From Cellulomonadaceae bacterium (lineage in GTDB: Bacteria > Actinomycetota > Actinomycetes > Actinomycetales > Cellulomonadaceae), in NCBI GenBank assembly GCA_031551755.1, contig JAVBNE010000006.1, positions 56,737 to 120,736 on the forward strand: a stretch of DNA of 64,000 nt, read 5' to 3'. Numbering within the stretch: position 1 is the stretch's first letter; every line of letters begins with the position of its first letter. Positions 1-10,938 of this stretch are shown in pieces. Under the pieces are notes generated by a model. The model ran no database searches and had not been told where the DNA came from. It saw only the letters and a list, made by a program, of their open reading frames with translations. The position numbers were made by a program, and so were the translations under genes.

Positions 1-1337
1 CCGATCACCGTCAACGAACGGCGCACGACACTTGGCCGTGCCGCCAACGCCTCGGCGGCACCCGGTTCCGACCGGGCGAAGGAGATGACCACGCCGAGGG
101 CGCCCATGGTGGCGATGAGCGCGGAGCCACCCGCCGAGACGAGCGGGAGCGGGACCCCGATCACCGGGAAGAGACCGATGACCACCCCGATGTTGATGAA
201 TGCCTGCCCAACGATCCAGCAGGCGATCGCGGTCGTTGCGATCTTGACGAAGGGATCGGGGTGCCGTCGCACGATCCTGCTCATCGCAACCCCCAGCACG
301 ACGAACAGCCCGAGCACCAGCAGTGTGCCGAGCAGGCCCAGTTCCTCCCCGATCACCGAGAAAATGAAGTCGTTATGCGCCTCCGGCAGATAACTCCACT
401 TCTCCCGCCCGGCCCCGAGACCGACACCGGTCAACCCACCTGTCCCGAGACCCCACAATCCGTGCAGTGGCTGGTAGCAGGCCATCGTCGGGTCACAGGA
501 ACTGCCGTAGACCGCAAGGATCCGATCCGTGCGGTTCTCGTTGCCGTGGACGAAGAAGTAGAGCGTGGCGGCCACAGCGATCCCGATGCCCGGCAGAAGC
601 AGCCGCAGGTCGACTCCGGCCACCAGATAGGCACCCGCAACCAGCATCGCGAAAACGAGCACCGTGCCGAGGTCGTGTCCGGCGAGCACGAGCCCGATGG
701 CGAGCACAGCGCCCGGCAGGCTCGGGAGAAGGGCATGGCGCCACTGCCCCACCAGGCGGTGTTTGCGACCCAGGACGGCTCCCAGCCAGAGCGCCAGCGC
801 CACCTTCAAGAGCTCCGACGGCTGCATCGTGAACGAACCGATGTGGATCCAGTTCGTGTTTCCCTTGTCGCTCAACCGGAACTGGGGAAGGAAGATCAGC
901 GCTTGCAGAGCGAGCGCACCCAAGAAGAAGATCCAGGCGGTGTTCTTGTAGAAGGCGACCGGCAACCGAGAGGCGATCAACAGCGCCGGCAGCCCGATGA
1001 GCACGAACTTCGCCTGCACCAGGAACTCGGTGTACGGGGAGTTGCCCGCCGCGATCTGCGTCACCGCGGAACTCGACAGCACCATGACCAGGCCGATGAC
1101 CGTGAGCAGCCCGGTGGCGCCGACCAGCAGGTAGTAGCTGGTCACGGAACTGTTCCACTGACCCAGCCAAATGGCGGCCGGAGCTTCGGGCGAGCTCTTA
1201 CGAGGCGCGGCAGTCGGGCGAGCGCGCGCTGGTGTCGGCCGCGCGCCTTGGGTAGGACGTCGTGCGGGAACCGCAACCGCTGCGGATCGCTGGGAGGTTG
1301 CCGACGCGCCCCGGACGGTGCCGCTCCGGCGGGCCAT
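1..1337 (-). CDS. ftsW: SEDS-family cell-division protein FtsW (3' end runs off the window)
   Basis: It is absent from the ORF track because it has no in-window stop. My minus-strand translation from ATG 1337 reads MARRSGTV...FTMQPSELLKVALALW...PEAHNDFIFSVIGEELG...GVPLPLVSAGGS, which are FtsW/RodA signatures. It is polytopic and sits directly after murD, as in dcw clusters. Confidence 0.85.
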   Translation of the reverse strand, partial: MARRSGTVRGASATSQRSAAVAVPARRPTQGARPTPARARPTAAPRKSSPEAPAAIWLGQWNSSVTSYYLLVGATGLLTVIGLVMVLSSSAVTQIAAGNSPYTEFLVQAKFVLIGLPALLIASRLPVAFYKNTAWIFFLGALALQALIFLPQFRLSDKGNTNWIHIGSFTMQPSELLKVALALWLGAVLGRKHRLVGQWRHALLPSLPGAVLAIGLVLAGHDLGTVLVFAMLVAGAYLVAGVDLRLLLPGIGIAVAATLYFFVHGNENRTDRILAVYGSSCDPTMACYQPLHGLWGLGTGGLTGVGLGAGREKWSYLPEAHNDFIFSVIGEELGLLGTLLVLGLFVVLGVAMSRIVRRHPDPFVKIATTAIACWIVGQAFINIGVVIGLFPVIGVPLPLVSAGGSALIATMGALGVVISFARSEPGAAEALAARPSVVRRSLTVI

Positions 1338-1339
1338 CG

Positions 1340-2797
1340 TCAGGACCCGCCGAGGGACCCGACGGCCGTGACGAAGGCGTCGCCGCGATCAGCGTAGGAG
1401 CGGAACTGGTCCATCGAGGCGCACGCAGGAGCCAGTAACACCGTGTCGCCTGGCTGGGCAAGACGGTGCGCATGGTCAACGGCGCGGGACATCACGGTCC
1501 CAGTCTCACCAGGTTCGACCACCACGACGGGGATATCCGGCGCGTGTCGCCGGAGCGCTCCGGCGATCGGCTCGGGATCGACACCGATCACCACCGCCGC
1601 CCGCAGTTGGCCGGCCCGCTCGATGACAAGGTCGTCGAAGGCCGCGCCCTTGGCCAGCCCACCAGCGATCCAGACCACGGAGCCCGCATCGAAGGCAGCC
1701 AGCGACGCGGCTGCGGCGTGGGCGTTCGTCGCCTTCGAATCATCGACGTAGGCGACTCGATCAAGACTGCGAACGGTCGCGATCCGGTGTCCGCCCGGCC
1801 TAAATGCCCGTAACCCGGATCTGACTGCCTCGGCGGTGACTCCCCCGGCCCGAGCCAACGCGGCCGCTGCCAGAGAGTTGGCCACGACATGTCCGGGCAC
1901 CCGACCATCCGGACCGGCCATCGCCACCAGATCGTCCAACGTGGCAAGCTCAACGGCCGTCCGCTGCCGGTCGGGGTCACCGGCCTCCGTGTGGAAGGCT
2001 CGGTCGACCAACATGCCTTCGACCACGCCAAGCTGCCCGACTGCCGGTGCACCCAAAGTGAAACCCACAGCGCGCGCACCCTCCGCCACTTCGGCCGCCC
2101 GCACCAGCTCCTCGGTCTGCCGGTCAGCCACCGAGTACACGCAGGCCACCGTCGCCCCGGAGTAAATCCGACCCTTGTCGGCGGCATAAGCAGCGAGGCC
2201 ACCGTGCCAGTCGAGGTGGTCCGGCGCCACATTGAGCACGGCGCCGGCGTGGACTGTCATGGTGTGCGTGAAGTGAAGCTGGAAACTGGACAGTTCGACA
2301 GCCAGCGCGTCAAGGGTCCCATCCTGGGCGGCGGCGACGACCGGTGCGCCGACATTGCCTACCGCGGGCGCCTGGAGCCCCGCCGCGCGCAGGATCGAGG
2401 CGAGCATCTCCACAGTGGTGGTCTTGCCGTTGGTCCCGGTCACCGCCAGCCACGGGGCGAATCGCCCGTCTGGTCGCCGGGCACGCAACCGCCAGGCCAA
2501 CTCGACCTCACTCCAGATCGGCACCCCGAGGCCGGCAGCGGCCTGCAGGATCGGACCGTGAGGTGGCCAACCCGGTGAAGCGATGATGAGATCGAATGCG
2601 GCCAGATCCACTGCGTCCACGTCGGTTTGGTCGGCGTCGGGTGCGGCCTGATCCACGGTCCGAACCGAGGCCACCAGCGGGGCCAATGCCGCGACGGCCG
2701 CCCGGCCGGAGACGCCCAACCCGGCAACCAAGACTCGCGATCGTTCGAGGGGAACTGCGGGCTCGACGGCGCCGGCAGCCACTAGCTGACCACCCAC
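1340..2797 (-). CDS. murD: UDP-N-acetylmuramoylalanine--D-glutamate ligase
   Basis: 485 aa with the Mur-ligase P-loop GTNGKTTT. It lies between mraY and ftsW. Its stop is 2 nt before the ftsW ATG. Confidence 0.9.
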   Translation of the reverse strand: MGGQLVAAGAVEPAVPLERSRVLVAGLGVSGRAAVAALAPLVASVRTVDQAAPDADQTDVDAVDLAAFDLIIASPGWPPHGPILQAAAGLGVPIWSEVELAWRLRARRPDGRFAPWLAVTGTNGKTTTVEMLASILRAAGLQAPAVGNVGAPVVAAAQDGTLDALAVELSSFQLHFTHTMTVHAGAVLNVAPDHLDWHGGLAAYAADKGRIYSGATVACVYSVADRQTEELVRAAEVAEGARAVGFTLGAPAVGQLGVVEGMLVDRAFHTEAGDPDRQRTAVELATLDDLVAMAGPDGRVPGHVVANSLAAAALARAGGVTAEAVRSGLRAFRPGGHRIATVRSLDRVAYVDDSKATNAHAAAASLAAFDAGSVVWIAGGLAKGAAFDDLVIERAGQLRAAVVIGVDPEPIAGALRRHAPDIPVVVVEPGETGTVMSRAVDHAHRLAQPGDTVLLAPACASMDQFRSYADRGDAFVTAVGSLGGS

Positions 2798-3864
2798 TCG
2801 GCGTAGAAGGTTCCCATCCCAAGGGCGACGAAGAGTCCCGCGATCAGCCAGAACCGGATCACGATGGTGACCTCACCCCAGCCGGACAACTCGAAATGAT
2901 GGTGCAAAGGCGCCATCTTGAAGACCCGCTTTCGAGTCAACTTGAAGAAGCCGATCTGGATGACGTCCGACATCACGATGATGACGAACATGCCACCGAG
3001 AATGGCGCCCAGAATCTCGGTCCGGGACAGGATCGATAGCCCGGCGAGCGCCCCACCGAGCGCCAGGGCCCCGGTGTCGCCCATGAAGATCCGAGCCGGG
3101 CTCGCGTTCCACCAGAGAAAGCCGACACAGGCCCCCATGATCGCCGCCGCGACGATCGCCAGATCCTGGGGATCGCGCGCTTCGTAGCAGCCAGCCCCGG
3201 CGGAGGCCAGTCGCTGACACGTCTGGTTGGTCTGCCATATGCCGACGAGAACATAAGCGCCGAAGACGATCAGCGACACACCCGTCGCCAACCCGTCCAG
3301 ACCGTCGGTGAGGTTCACCGCGTTGGACCAGGCCGTGATCAAGAAATTTGCCCAGATCACGAAAAGGATCAATCCGACCGTTGCCCCCGCGAAGGCGAGG
3401 TCGAGGTTCGTGTCGCGCAGAAAGGAGATGTTGGTCGAGGCCGGGGTACGCCCATGATCGTTGGGGAACTGCAGTGCCAGCACCGCGAAGATGACCCCGA
3501 CCGCTCCCTGACCGACGATCTTCTGCCATTCCGACAGGCCGAGACTGCGCTGCTTCTTGATCTTGGTGAAGTCATCCAGGAAACCGACCAGACCGAGTCC
3601 CGTCATGAGGAACAACACCAGAAGCGAGGACACGCTCGGCAGTCGACCGGTCACCAGGCAGGACGTGACCCAACCGATGAGCGTGGCACCGATGACCACC
3701 ACTCCACCCATCGTGGGTGTGCCACGTTTGGTGAAGTGCGCGGTCGGACCGTCCTGGCGAATGAACTGCCCGTAGTTGCGGTGGATCAGGAAGCGGATGA
3801 ACAGCGGCGTGCCGAAGAGCGCGATCAGCAGCGAGACACCGGCAGCGACCAGAACCGCAATCAC
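2782..3864 (-). CDS. mraY: phospho-N-acetylmuramoyl-pentapeptide transferase
   Basis: 360-aa polytopic membrane protein with [13 protein letters not shown] and DTGALALGG motifs typical of MraY. Its GTG start overlaps the murF stop (GTGA). Confidence 0.92.
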   Translation of the reverse strand: MIAVLVAAGVSLLIALFGTPLFIRFLIHRNYGQFIRQDGPTAHFTKRGTPTMGGVVVIGATLIGWVTSCLVTGRLPSVSSLLVLFLMTGLGLVGFLDDFTKIKKQRSLGLSEWQKIVGQGAVGVIFAVLALQFPNDHGRTPASTNISFLRDTNLDLAFAGATVGLILFVIWANFLITAWSNAVNLTDGLDGLATGVSLIVFGAYVLVGIWQTNQTCQRLASAGAGCYEARDPQDLAIVAAAIMGACVGFLWWNASPARIFMGDTGALALGGALAGLSILSRTEILGAILGGMFVIIVMSDVIQIGFFKLTRKRVFKMAPLHHHFELSGWGEVTIVIRFWLIAGLFVALGMGTFYAEWVVS

Positions 3865-5267
3865 GAGGCTGCCCCTCCGTCACCGGCCACCAACCAGTCT
3901 CCGAGCCGCCACAGCCCTGACCCGTTGGAGGACTTGACGAGCACCACATCACCGGGCCGCAGCTCGGCCCGGAGCAGCTCCTTCGCCTCGTCGAGGTCAG
4001 CCACGAACCGCGACTCATCCCCCCAAGAACCCTCATGCACCGCGCCATCGTAAATGCTCCCGGCACCCGATCCGACCACGATCAGCAAGTCGATGTTCAG
4101 CCTGACGACCAGTCGGCCGATCGCGTCATGGGCCTCCCGCGAGCCTTCGCCGAGCTCCAGCATCTGGCCGAGGACTGCGATCGACCGTCGTTGCCGCCCG
4201 GACATTACAGCCAAGGTGCGCAGTGCCGCCCGCATGGAATCGGGGTTGGCATTGTAGGAATCGTCGATGACGGTGACATGGTCTGAGCGTTCAGTGACCT
4301 GCATCCGATGAGGGCTGCGGGCAGTGGCCCCGGAGAGGCCGGCCGCCACCTCGCCCGGCCCGAGACCCAGCTCGAGGGCAGCTGCGCCCGCCGCGAGCGC
4401 ATTGGTGACGTGGTGCTCACCGACCAGCTGGAGCGTGACCTCGGCACGCACATCGCCGGGCGCTCGTAAGGTGAAGGCCGCATGACCGTCGCGATCCGTC
4501 CGCACCTCCTCGGCCCGCACGTCAGCGGACAGAATCGTGCCGAAGGTCGTGACGCGACCTGGAGCCGAGTCGCTCATCGCGGCCACCCGCAGGTCGTCGG
4601 CGTTGAGCACGGCGACACCGCCCGGTGCGAGTCCGGTCAAGATCTCCCTTTTCGCGTCCGCGACCGCTTCGATCCCGCCGAAGCCCCCGAGGTGTGCGGC
4701 ACCGACCGCGAGGATGACGGCGACATCGGGCGGCGCGATCCGCGTGAGATAGGTCAGATGCCCGGAACCGCTGGCGCCCATCTCCAACACCAGGAACCGC
4801 GTCGTGGAGTCGGCCTCGAGGACCGTCAGCGGCATGCCGATCTCGTTGTTGAACGAGCCCTGCGGCACCACGACCGGCCCATGCGGGGCGAGCAGCTGAC
4901 CCAGGAGGTCCTTGGTGGTCGTCTTGCCGACCGACCCGGTGACCCCGACCACCCGGGGCCCACCATCTCCCCGCAACGTCGCGAGAACCTCCCGGGCGAG
5001 TTCCCCGAGAGCAAACTGGACATCCGGCACCACCACGCAGGGCACGTCGAGCTCCCGCGCGGACAGCACGAGCGTCGCCCCGTTCGCCACAGCTGTCTCG
5101 GCGAAATCGTGACCGTCGACGTTCTCTCCGGGAAGGGCCACGAAGAGCGATCCCGGTACGACCCGCCGGGAGTCGATGACGACCGAGGTATGGACCCGGG
5201 TATCTGGGTCCGCGACCAACCGTCCGCCGGTCGCTGCGGCCACCTGCGCCGCAGTCAGCTCGATCAT
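3861..5267 (-). CDS. murF: UDP-N-acetylmuramoyl-tripeptide--D-alanyl-D-alanine ligase
   Basis: Mur ligase with [10 protein letters not shown]. The track ORF extends to 5372, but ATG 5267 (MIELTAAQV...) forms an ATGA overlap with the murE stop and gives a normal N-terminus. Confidence 0.88.
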   Translation of the reverse strand: MIELTAAQVAAATGGRLVADPDTRVHTSVVIDSRRVVPGSLFVALPGENVDGHDFAETAVANGATLVLSARELDVPCVVVPDVQFALGELAREVLATLRGDGGPRVVGVTGSVGKTTTKDLLGQLLAPHGPVVVPQGSFNNEIGMPLTVLEADSTTRFLVLEMGASGSGHLTYLTRIAPPDVAVILAVGAAHLGGFGGIEAVADAKREILTGLAPGGVAVLNADDLRVAAMSDSAPGRVTTFGTILSADVRAEEVRTDRDGHAAFTLRAPGDVRAEVTLQLVGEHHVTNALAAGAAALELGLGPGEVAAGLSGATARSPHRMQVTERSDHVTVIDDSYNANPDSMRAALRTLAVMSGRQRRSIAVLGQMLELGEGSREAHDAIGRLVVRLNIDLLIVVGSGAGSIYDGAVHEGSWGDESRFVADLDEAKELLRAELRPGDVVLVKSSNGSGLWRLGDWLVAGDGGAAS

Positions 5268-6880
5268 GCGCGCTGCTCCTTCGTGGGTTCGTCCTTGGCT
5301 TTCGCGGCCAGCGCGGCCCGCGCCTCCGCCCGGTCGTCGAGCGCATGGTTGACGCCCGAGATCTCCTGCCACACCTCGTGGCCGCGACCGGCCAGAAGAA
5401 CCGTGTCCCCTGGGCCGGCGGCGGCTACCGCCGCCGCGATCGCCGCAGCTCGTGGAGCGATCTCGCGGACCTCCACGATGCGGGGGGGCGCCTGCTCAGC
5501 GGCCTCGTCTCTGGCAGTCAAGGCGCCCGGAAGCACCTCGGCCCGGATCGATGCGGCATCCTCATCGTGCGGGTCGTCGTCGGTGACGATCACGATGTCG
5601 GCGCCCTCGACAGCTATCCGTCCCATGGTCGGCCGTTTTCCACGGTCGCGCTGACCGGTGGCCCCGAAGACCAGCACGAGGCGACCGTCCGTGGTTGGGC
5701 GGAGGGCAGCCATCGCCAGCGCAAGGGCGTCGGAGTTGTGCGCGAAGTCCACGATCACCCGCGGATCGCTCTGCGCGACGACCTCCATCCGCCCTGGCAC
5801 GACGGCGGTCAGGCCACCGACGGCGTCGAGCGCCGCCGTGAGATCCGCGATGGCGACACCGGACTCGATCATCATGACCACGGCCAGCGCCGCATTGGCG
5901 ATGTTGAAGCTACCCGGCAGGGGAATCGAGGTGCGCAGCTCCCGGCCGTCCCTGTGCCGCACGGTGAAGACCGAACCCAAGACGGAGGATTCCACGTCAG
6001 TGGCCACCCAGTCGGCGTCCTGGTCGGCGGTCGTCACGCGGAGTGTCACCACGGGGACCGTGGCGGCCGCAGCGAGCCGCACACCCCAGTCGTCGTCGAC
6101 GATCACGACCCCGCGCTTTGCGTGCTCAGGAGTGAACAGGAGCGCCTTGGTGGCGAAGTAGGTTTCGAGGTCGCCGTGGAAGTCCAGATGGTCCTGGCTC
6201 AGGTTGGTGAACCCGGCGACGTCGAAGACGATGCCGTCCACCCGATGCAGCGCCAGCGCATGCGAGGAGACTTCCATCGCCAGGGTGCGCACGCCGTCGT
6301 CGCGCATCGCGGCCAGCAATCCCTGCAACTCCGGGGCTTCCGGGGTGGTGAGCTTGCTGGCGACGGCGCGGTCCCCCGACCGGATCTCGACCGTTCCGAT
6401 CAGCCCACCCAGCGAGCCCAGGGCGCGGGACGTGTGTTCCAGGAGATAGGTCGTCGTGGTCTTGCCGTTGGTGCCGGTGACTGCGAAGGTCGTCAACTGC
6501 TCGGCCGGATTGCCGAAGACCCACGCGGCCAACTCGCCCAGCAACCCACGCGGGTCGTCCGCGACCAGAACGGGAACCCCGCCCAGGGAGTCACCCAAGG
6601 ACTCGGCCCCGGCGGCATCGGTGAGCACTGCGTGGGCCCCGTGGGACACGGCCCGTGACGCGAATGCCGCCCCATGGGAGTGGTCGCCTGCAAGCGCCAC
6701 GAACAGTTCACCCGCGCAGACCACCCGGTCGTCGAGGGCCACGGACCAGACCTCGACGGCCGCCGCCGCCTCGGGCGCCAGCGCTCCAGGCAGCAATGTC
6801 AGGCCGAACCGGGTAGCCAAGTCTCCGAGTGTCCGCCGCGTGATCACGGCAGGCCGGATGCGCTCGATCGGAGAAGTCAC
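5264..6880 (-). CDS. murE: UDP-N-acetylmuramoyl-L-alanyl-D-glutamate--diamino-acid ligase (MurE)
   Basis: 538 aa with the GTNGKTTT P-loop and a dcw position. The substrate-specificity motif reads DDPH rather than the usual DNPR (see findings). Confidence 0.9.
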   Translation of the reverse strand: MTSPIERIRPAVITRRTLGDLATRFGLTLLPGALAPEAAAAVEVWSVALDDRVVCAGELFVALAGDHSHGAAFASRAVSHGAHAVLTDAAGAESLGDSLGGVPVLVADDPRGLLGELAAWVFGNPAEQLTTFAVTGTNGKTTTTYLLEHTSRALGSLGGLIGTVEIRSGDRAVASKLTTPEAPELQGLLAAMRDDGVRTLAMEVSSHALALHRVDGIVFDVAGFTNLSQDHLDFHGDLETYFATKALLFTPEHAKRGVVIVDDDWGVRLAAAATVPVVTLRVTTADQDADWVATDVESSVLGSVFTVRHRDGRELRTSIPLPGSFNIANAALAVVMMIESGVAIADLTAALDAVGGLTAVVPGRMEVVAQSDPRVIVDFAHNSDALALAMAALRPTTDGRLVLVFGATGQRDRGKRPTMGRIAVEGADIVIVTDDDPHDEDAASIRAEVLPGALTARDEAAEQAPPRIVEVREIAPRAAAIAAAVAAAGPGDTVLLAGRGHEVWQEISGVNHALDDRAEARAALAAKAKDEPTKEQRA

Positions 6881-6924
6881 GTGTAGAACCTACCTTGCCA
6901 GGGCCGGTGTGCTCGTCGGCTGCC

Positions 6925-8826
6925 TCACCAGGTCGTCGGGAGGGCGACGTACGGCTCCTCACTCGGGGTGACGCCCATGTGCTCCAGGGTGAATCCCATG
7001 ATGTCCGCGAAAACGGGTGCAGCCACGTCGCCACCGAAGGACGACGTCTTCGGGTCGCGAAGGAAGACCGATACGGTGTAGCGCGGATGATCCGCCGGGG
7101 CCACCCCGATGAACGACGACATAATGCCGGAGAGCTTCCCGTCACCACCGACGACCTGGGCGGTACCGGTCTTGCCCGCCACGCGGTAACCCGGTACGGC
7201 CGCATGCGAACCAGTGCCCTTGTCGACGACCGCCTCCATCATCCGCAGCACCGTCTTCGCCGTTCCGGCCGACACGATCGGGGTGCCCTCGGGCATCTCG
7301 GCTGCGGTGAACTTGCCGTCCGCCGTCGAGGTGCCGGCCACGAGATGCGGCTGCATCCGCACGCCGCCATTCGCGATGGTGGAGAACACGCTGGTGGCTT
7401 GGACGGCATTCACCGACACACCTTGACCGAAGAGCACCGCGTACTGGGTGCGGCCGTCCCACGAGTCGGCCGAATGCAGGATGCCGGCCGACTCCCCCGG
7501 CAGGCCCAGCCCGGTGGGCTCGCCGAAACCGAATTTGGACAAGTAGTCATAGCGCACCTGCTTGGGGATCCGCTCACCCACCTGAACCGTACCGGTGTTG
7601 GACGACTCAGCCAGGACCCCGGCGAGCGTCAACCGCTGGACCCCATGTTCGTGGGAGTCCGAGAAGGTCATCCCATTCGGCGCGGTGTAGCGGTAGGGAA
7701 CAGTGAAGCGGGTGTCGGCCTTGGCATACCCACCTTCCAGCGCGGCAGCCATGGTGATCACCTTGCCGGTCGACCCGGGATCGAAGATATTCGAGACTGC
7801 GCGGCTGGGCGCGGCCACCGCATCGGTGCTCCGGTCGTTGGGATCGACCGTCCCCGAGTCGGCCAAGGCCGCCACGGCGCCGGTCTTGATGTCCTGCACG
7901 ACGACGATTCCGTAGCTGGCTCCGGTCGTGCGCACGGCCTCGTCAATCGCGTCCTGGGACTTCCACTGCACGTCACGGATGACGGTGAGGCGGACGTCAT
8001 CGCCGGGCACAGCGTCGACCTGTTCGCGGGCGCCCGTCGGAATGCGCTGGCCACCCCGGCCACGCTCGTACTTGTCCTCTCCGGGCGTGCCCGCCAGGGT
8101 CTTGTCGTACACGGCCTCGACTCCGCCGCGACCGACCGCACCATCCGGGGTGGTCGACACGAAACCGACGAGGTTGCCTCCCACGGCACCGGCCGGATAG
8201 GTCCGCTCGGACGTGGGCGTCGTGGAAATCCAGGCACCGACGTTCAGTTCGGCGACAGCACGCTGCACCTCAGGGACGACATTCTTCTTGAGGATCGCAT
8301 AGCGGTTCGTGCCGTTGAGCTGAGCAGCGAGCACGGGAGCCGGGATGCCGAGCACCGGGGACAGCAGTTTCGCCAGGCCGACGGCTCCGCCCTCGGTCAA
8401 AGGCCGTCCGTCGACCGTGTCCTTGCGCCGCGGCTGGAAGTCGGCGATGGCCACCTGGTCCGCGGCGATCGTGAACCGGTCCACCGAGGTGGCCAAGACC
8501 ACGCCGTCGGCATCGGTGATGTCACCGCGATGGGCGATGGTGACTTTGGTCGCCATGCGCTGCTCTTGGGCGACCGCTGCCAGCGCCGGACCGCGGTAAA
8601 CCTGGACATAGGCGAGGCGAACGACGAAGACGGCCACGACCGCCAGCACGACCGCGAGCAGCACCCGTTGCCGACGCACCGGGTTACCGGGTCGGCGCAG
8701 CCGCGACCCGCCAGGCCGACCGGCCACCCCCGCAGCACTTCGGCTGGTCACCGTTCCCGTCGTCGTGCGGCGTCGTGTGGGCCGCGGGCGTGCAATGCCC
8801 GCGGCTCCACGACGGGGTTCGCTCAC
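6925..8826 (-). CDS. ftsI: class B penicillin-binding protein / septal transpeptidase
   Basis: 633 aa with an N-terminal TM segment and the motifs SxxK (STGK), SxN (SSN) and KTG (KTGT). It lies between the ftsL-like gene and murE. Confidence 0.9.
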   Translation of the reverse strand: MSEPRRGAAGIARPRPTRRRTTTGTVTSRSAAGVAGRPGGSRLRRPGNPVRRQRVLLAVVLAVVAVFVVRLAYVQVYRGPALAAVAQEQRMATKVTIAHRGDITDADGVVLATSVDRFTIAADQVAIADFQPRRKDTVDGRPLTEGGAVGLAKLLSPVLGIPAPVLAAQLNGTNRYAILKKNVVPEVQRAVAELNVGAWISTTPTSERTYPAGAVGGNLVGFVSTTPDGAVGRGGVEAVYDKTLAGTPGEDKYERGRGGQRIPTGAREQVDAVPGDDVRLTVIRDVQWKSQDAIDEAVRTTGASYGIVVVQDIKTGAVAALADSGTVDPNDRSTDAVAAPSRAVSNIFDPGSTGKVITMAAALEGGYAKADTRFTVPYRYTAPNGMTFSDSHEHGVQRLTLAGVLAESSNTGTVQVGERIPKQVRYDYLSKFGFGEPTGLGLPGESAGILHSADSWDGRTQYAVLFGQGVSVNAVQATSVFSTIANGGVRMQPHLVAGTSTADGKFTAAEMPEGTPIVSAGTAKTVLRMMEAVVDKGTGSHAAVPGYRVAGKTGTAQVVGGDGKLSGIMSSFIGVAPADHPRYTVSVFLRDPKTSSFGGDVAAPVFADIMGFTLEHMGVTPSEEPYVALPTTW

Positions 8827-9248
8827 GGCTTCACCTCCGCCTCCGCAGCGGTATCAGAGAGGCGTACCAGTTGCGGGGCAGGAGCCTCGACCATCCCGAG
8901 GGCACGGGCGCGCTCGGGCAGCGAGGCCTCCGCGGCCCGGATCTGACCCTGCAGGGTCTGGGTGTCCTGGGCCACGGTGCCGACCTGCTGACGCAGCTCG
9001 GACATCTCGTAGGAACCGCGCGCCATCGTGGTGTTGAGAATGAGCGCGGTCAGCAGCGCACCGACGATGAGCAGGCCGCACAGGACGAGCAACGGTCCGG
9101 CGGTCGATGCGGTCAAGGGTGCCCGCACACCGTCCAGGCGCGGCCGGGTCCGACCGCCTCCGCCCGGGATGGCGGTGAGTTCCGGACGGGCCGCTGGGGC
9201 GCGGTGAGGCAACGGCCGGGCGGCTGCTGCGGAGGCTCGGGGGCTCAT
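8823..9248 (-). CDS. FtsL-like bitopic cell-division protein
   Basis: 141 aa with a single TM segment ([19 protein letters not shown]) followed by a coiled-coil-like segment. It has an ATGA overlap with rsmH and a GTGA overlap with ftsI. The call rests mainly on position and architecture. Confidence 0.55.
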   Translation of the reverse strand: MSPRASAAAARPLPHRAPAARPELTAIPGGGGRTRPRLDGVRAPLTASTAGPLLVLCGLLIVGALLTALILNTTMARGSYEMSELRQQVGTVAQDTQTLQGQIRAAEASLPERARALGMVEAPAPQLVRLSDTAAEAEVKP

Positions 9249-10285
9249 GAGCTGCGCTCCTTTCGGGGGCGTCGGTTTGCTGGGGTAGGTCGCAAGCGTT
9301 CGGCGGCTCTCAACCGAACGGAAGCCGAGCGGGGATTACGTTCCCGTTCAGCGGGTGGAGCCTCCTCGGCCCCTCGGGTGAGCAACCGTAGATAGGGGGC
9401 GTCGGCTTCTGGTTCGACGGGCAGGCCGGGCGGCGCGCTCGAGGTCGCGCCACTGGCCAGCGTGCGTTTGACGATCCGATCCTCAAGGGAGTGATAGGAC
9501 TCGACCACCAGTCGGCCCCCGACCGCGAGGGCCTCGACCGCCGCCGGGACCGCGCGCTGCAACACCTCGAGTTCGCCGTTCACCTCGATCCGCAACGCTT
9601 GGAAGGTTCGCTTGGCCGGGTTGCTCCCCGCCTGCCTGGTGGCGGCCGGGATACAGGCACGCACGAGGTCCACCAGGTCGGCACTGCGAGTCCATGGCCG
9701 CTCCTGGCGCCGGCGCACGATTCCCTCGGCGATCCGCTGGGCGAACCGCTCCTCGCCGTAGTCCCGCAAGATCCGGGTCAGCTCACGCTCGTCGTAGGTG
9801 TTCAAGACGTCGGCCGCCGTGCGATCCGCGCCGGCATCCATCCGCATGTCCAACGGCGCGTCCTGGGCGTAGGAGAACCCGCGATCGACCTCGTCGATCT
9901 GCAAGGAGGACACACCCAGGTCCATCAACACGCCCTGCACGGTTCCGGTGACCAGGGTCGGTGACCAGCCCGCGAGCATCCGCTCGGCCACTTGGGCGAT
10001 GACGGCGTCGATCTCGTCGTAGACGGCGTGCACCGCCTGGAAGCGCTCGGCGAACCGTGCGAGCCGCTCCGAAGCCAAGGCGATCGCTTGCGGATCTCGG
10101 TCGATGCCGATCACGCGCACCTGCGGCAGCGCCCTCAATACGGCCTCTGTGTGACCGCCCATCCCCAGGGTGCAGTCGACCAGCACTGAACCGGGGTCAT
10201 GCAGCGCCGGTCTCAGGAGGTCCACGCAACGCTCGAGCAGTACCGGGTCATGACGTGCTGCGGTCTCCGGAGTCATTGCGTCCAC
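9245..10285 (-). CDS. rsmH: 16S rRNA (cytosine1402-N4)-methyltransferase
   Basis: RsmH/MraW-like sequence (HDPVLL...[10 protein letters not shown]...DLGVSSLQ) sitting after mraZ. The track start GTG 10285 lies inside the AGGAAGGAGG Shine-Dalgarno sequence. ATG 10276 ([12 protein letters not shown]) is therefore the more likely start. Confidence 0.9.
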   Translation of the reverse strand: MDAMTPETAARHDPVLLERCVDLLRPALHDPGSVLVDCTLGMGGHTEAVLRALPQVRVIGIDRDPQAIALASERLARFAERFQAVHAVYDEIDAVIAQVAERMLAGWSPTLVTGTVQGVLMDLGVSSLQIDEVDRGFSYAQDAPLDMRMDAGADRTAADVLNTYDERELTRILRDYGEERFAQRIAEGIVRRRQERPWTRSADLVDLVRACIPAATRQAGSNPAKRTFQALRIEVNGELEVLQRAVPAAVEALAVGGRLVVESYHSLEDRIVKRTLASGATSSAPPGLPVEPEADAPYLRLLTRGAEEAPPAERERNPRSASVRLRAAERLRPTPANRRPRKERSS

Positions 10286-10347
10286 CTCCTTCCTGTGAGC
10301 TGTCGCGGTGTCGGGTCGGGTGGCGGCGCTGGGCCGTCCGGTCAGGT

Positions 10348-10402
10348 CTCCCTCCGCGTCCGATCTGGCACCGGGGAAGTGCGCCAGAGCGGGCGGGAGG
10401 AG
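10348..10402 (-). promoter_or_regulatory. extended imperfect hairpin in the mraZ-rsmH spacer (possible structured leader or attenuator)
   Basis: On the minus strand, an outer 10-bp stem (CUCCUCCCGC / GCGGAGGGAG, with one mismatch and one G-U) encloses an inner 7-bp stem (CUGGCGC / GUGCCAG) with a 9-nt loop. It sits in a 132-nt non-coding spacer. Confidence 0.3.
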
Positions 10403-10417
10403 GCCTCAGCGGACGGA

Positions 10418-10882
10418 TCAGAAACGCAGGTCGGGAAACACCTCCTCAGCCGTGTCGGCGTAGAGGGGCTCTTGTTCGGCCATGTAGGTCTCCCACGCGA
10501 GCGCATCCCAGATCTCCACCCGGGTGCCAGCACCGATGACGGCGACGTCACGGTCCAGGCCCGCGTACTGCCGCAACGGCGCCGGGATCGACAATCGCCC
10601 CTGCTTGTCGGGAATCTCGTCACTGGCTCCTGAGAGGAAGACTCGCAAGTAGTCCCGCGCCTGCTTGCTCGTAACTGGCGCTTGTCTGATCTGGTCATAC
10701 ATGCGTCGGAACTCCTCCATCGGGAGCAAGAACAGACAACGTTCCTGGCCGCGCGTCATGACCAGGCCCGAAGCGAGCCGCGGTCGGAACTTTGCCGGCA
10801 GAATGAGGCGCCCCTTATCGTCCAATTTGGGGGTGAACGTGCCAAGTAGAAGATCGGTTGGTCCGCTCAAGACGTCGATCAT
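10418..10882 (-). CDS. mraZ: transcriptional regulator MraZ
   Basis: [23 protein letters not shown] and a second ...[16 protein letters not shown] half, which is the duplicated SpoVT/AbrB-like MraZ signature. The start is placed at ATG 10882, preceded by GGGAGGAGG. The track ORF (TTG 10975) would read through the operator-like repeats. Confidence 0.88.
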   Translation of the reverse strand: MIDVLSGPTDLLLGTFTPKLDDKGRLILPAKFRPRLASGLVMTRGQERCLFLLPMEEFRRMYDQIRQAPVTSKQARDYLRVFLSGASDEIPDKQGRLSIPAPLRQYAGLDRDVAVIGAGTRVEIWDALAWETYMAEQEPLYADTAEEVFPDLRF

Positions 10883-10902
10883 GCTCAGGCACCTCCTCCC
10901 TG

Positions 10903-10938
10903 CTCCCGATCGCTCCACCGTACTCCACATCGCTCCAC
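10903..10938 (-). promoter_or_regulatory. MraZ-box-like direct repeats (3x GTGGAG plus CGGGAG, 10-bp period)
   Basis: The minus strand reads GTGGAGCGAT GTGGAGTACG GTGGAGCGAT CGGGAG immediately upstream of the mraZ RBS. MraZ operators elsewhere are short G-rich direct repeats with a 10-bp period. Confidence 0.5.

Noticed and set aside
261-1397. 378-aa plus-strand ORF, plus overlapping ORFs at 467..832 and 493..1170
   Set aside because: They lie antisense or out of frame to a clean FtsW reading frame. The products are Arg/Pro/Gly/Glu-rich low-complexity sequence, typical of spurious ORFs in high-GC DNA.
6895-8946. 683-aa plus-strand ORF
   Set aside because: It is fully antisense to ftsI, which has all the PBP motifs. 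It has no recognisable motifs and its composition is GC-driven.
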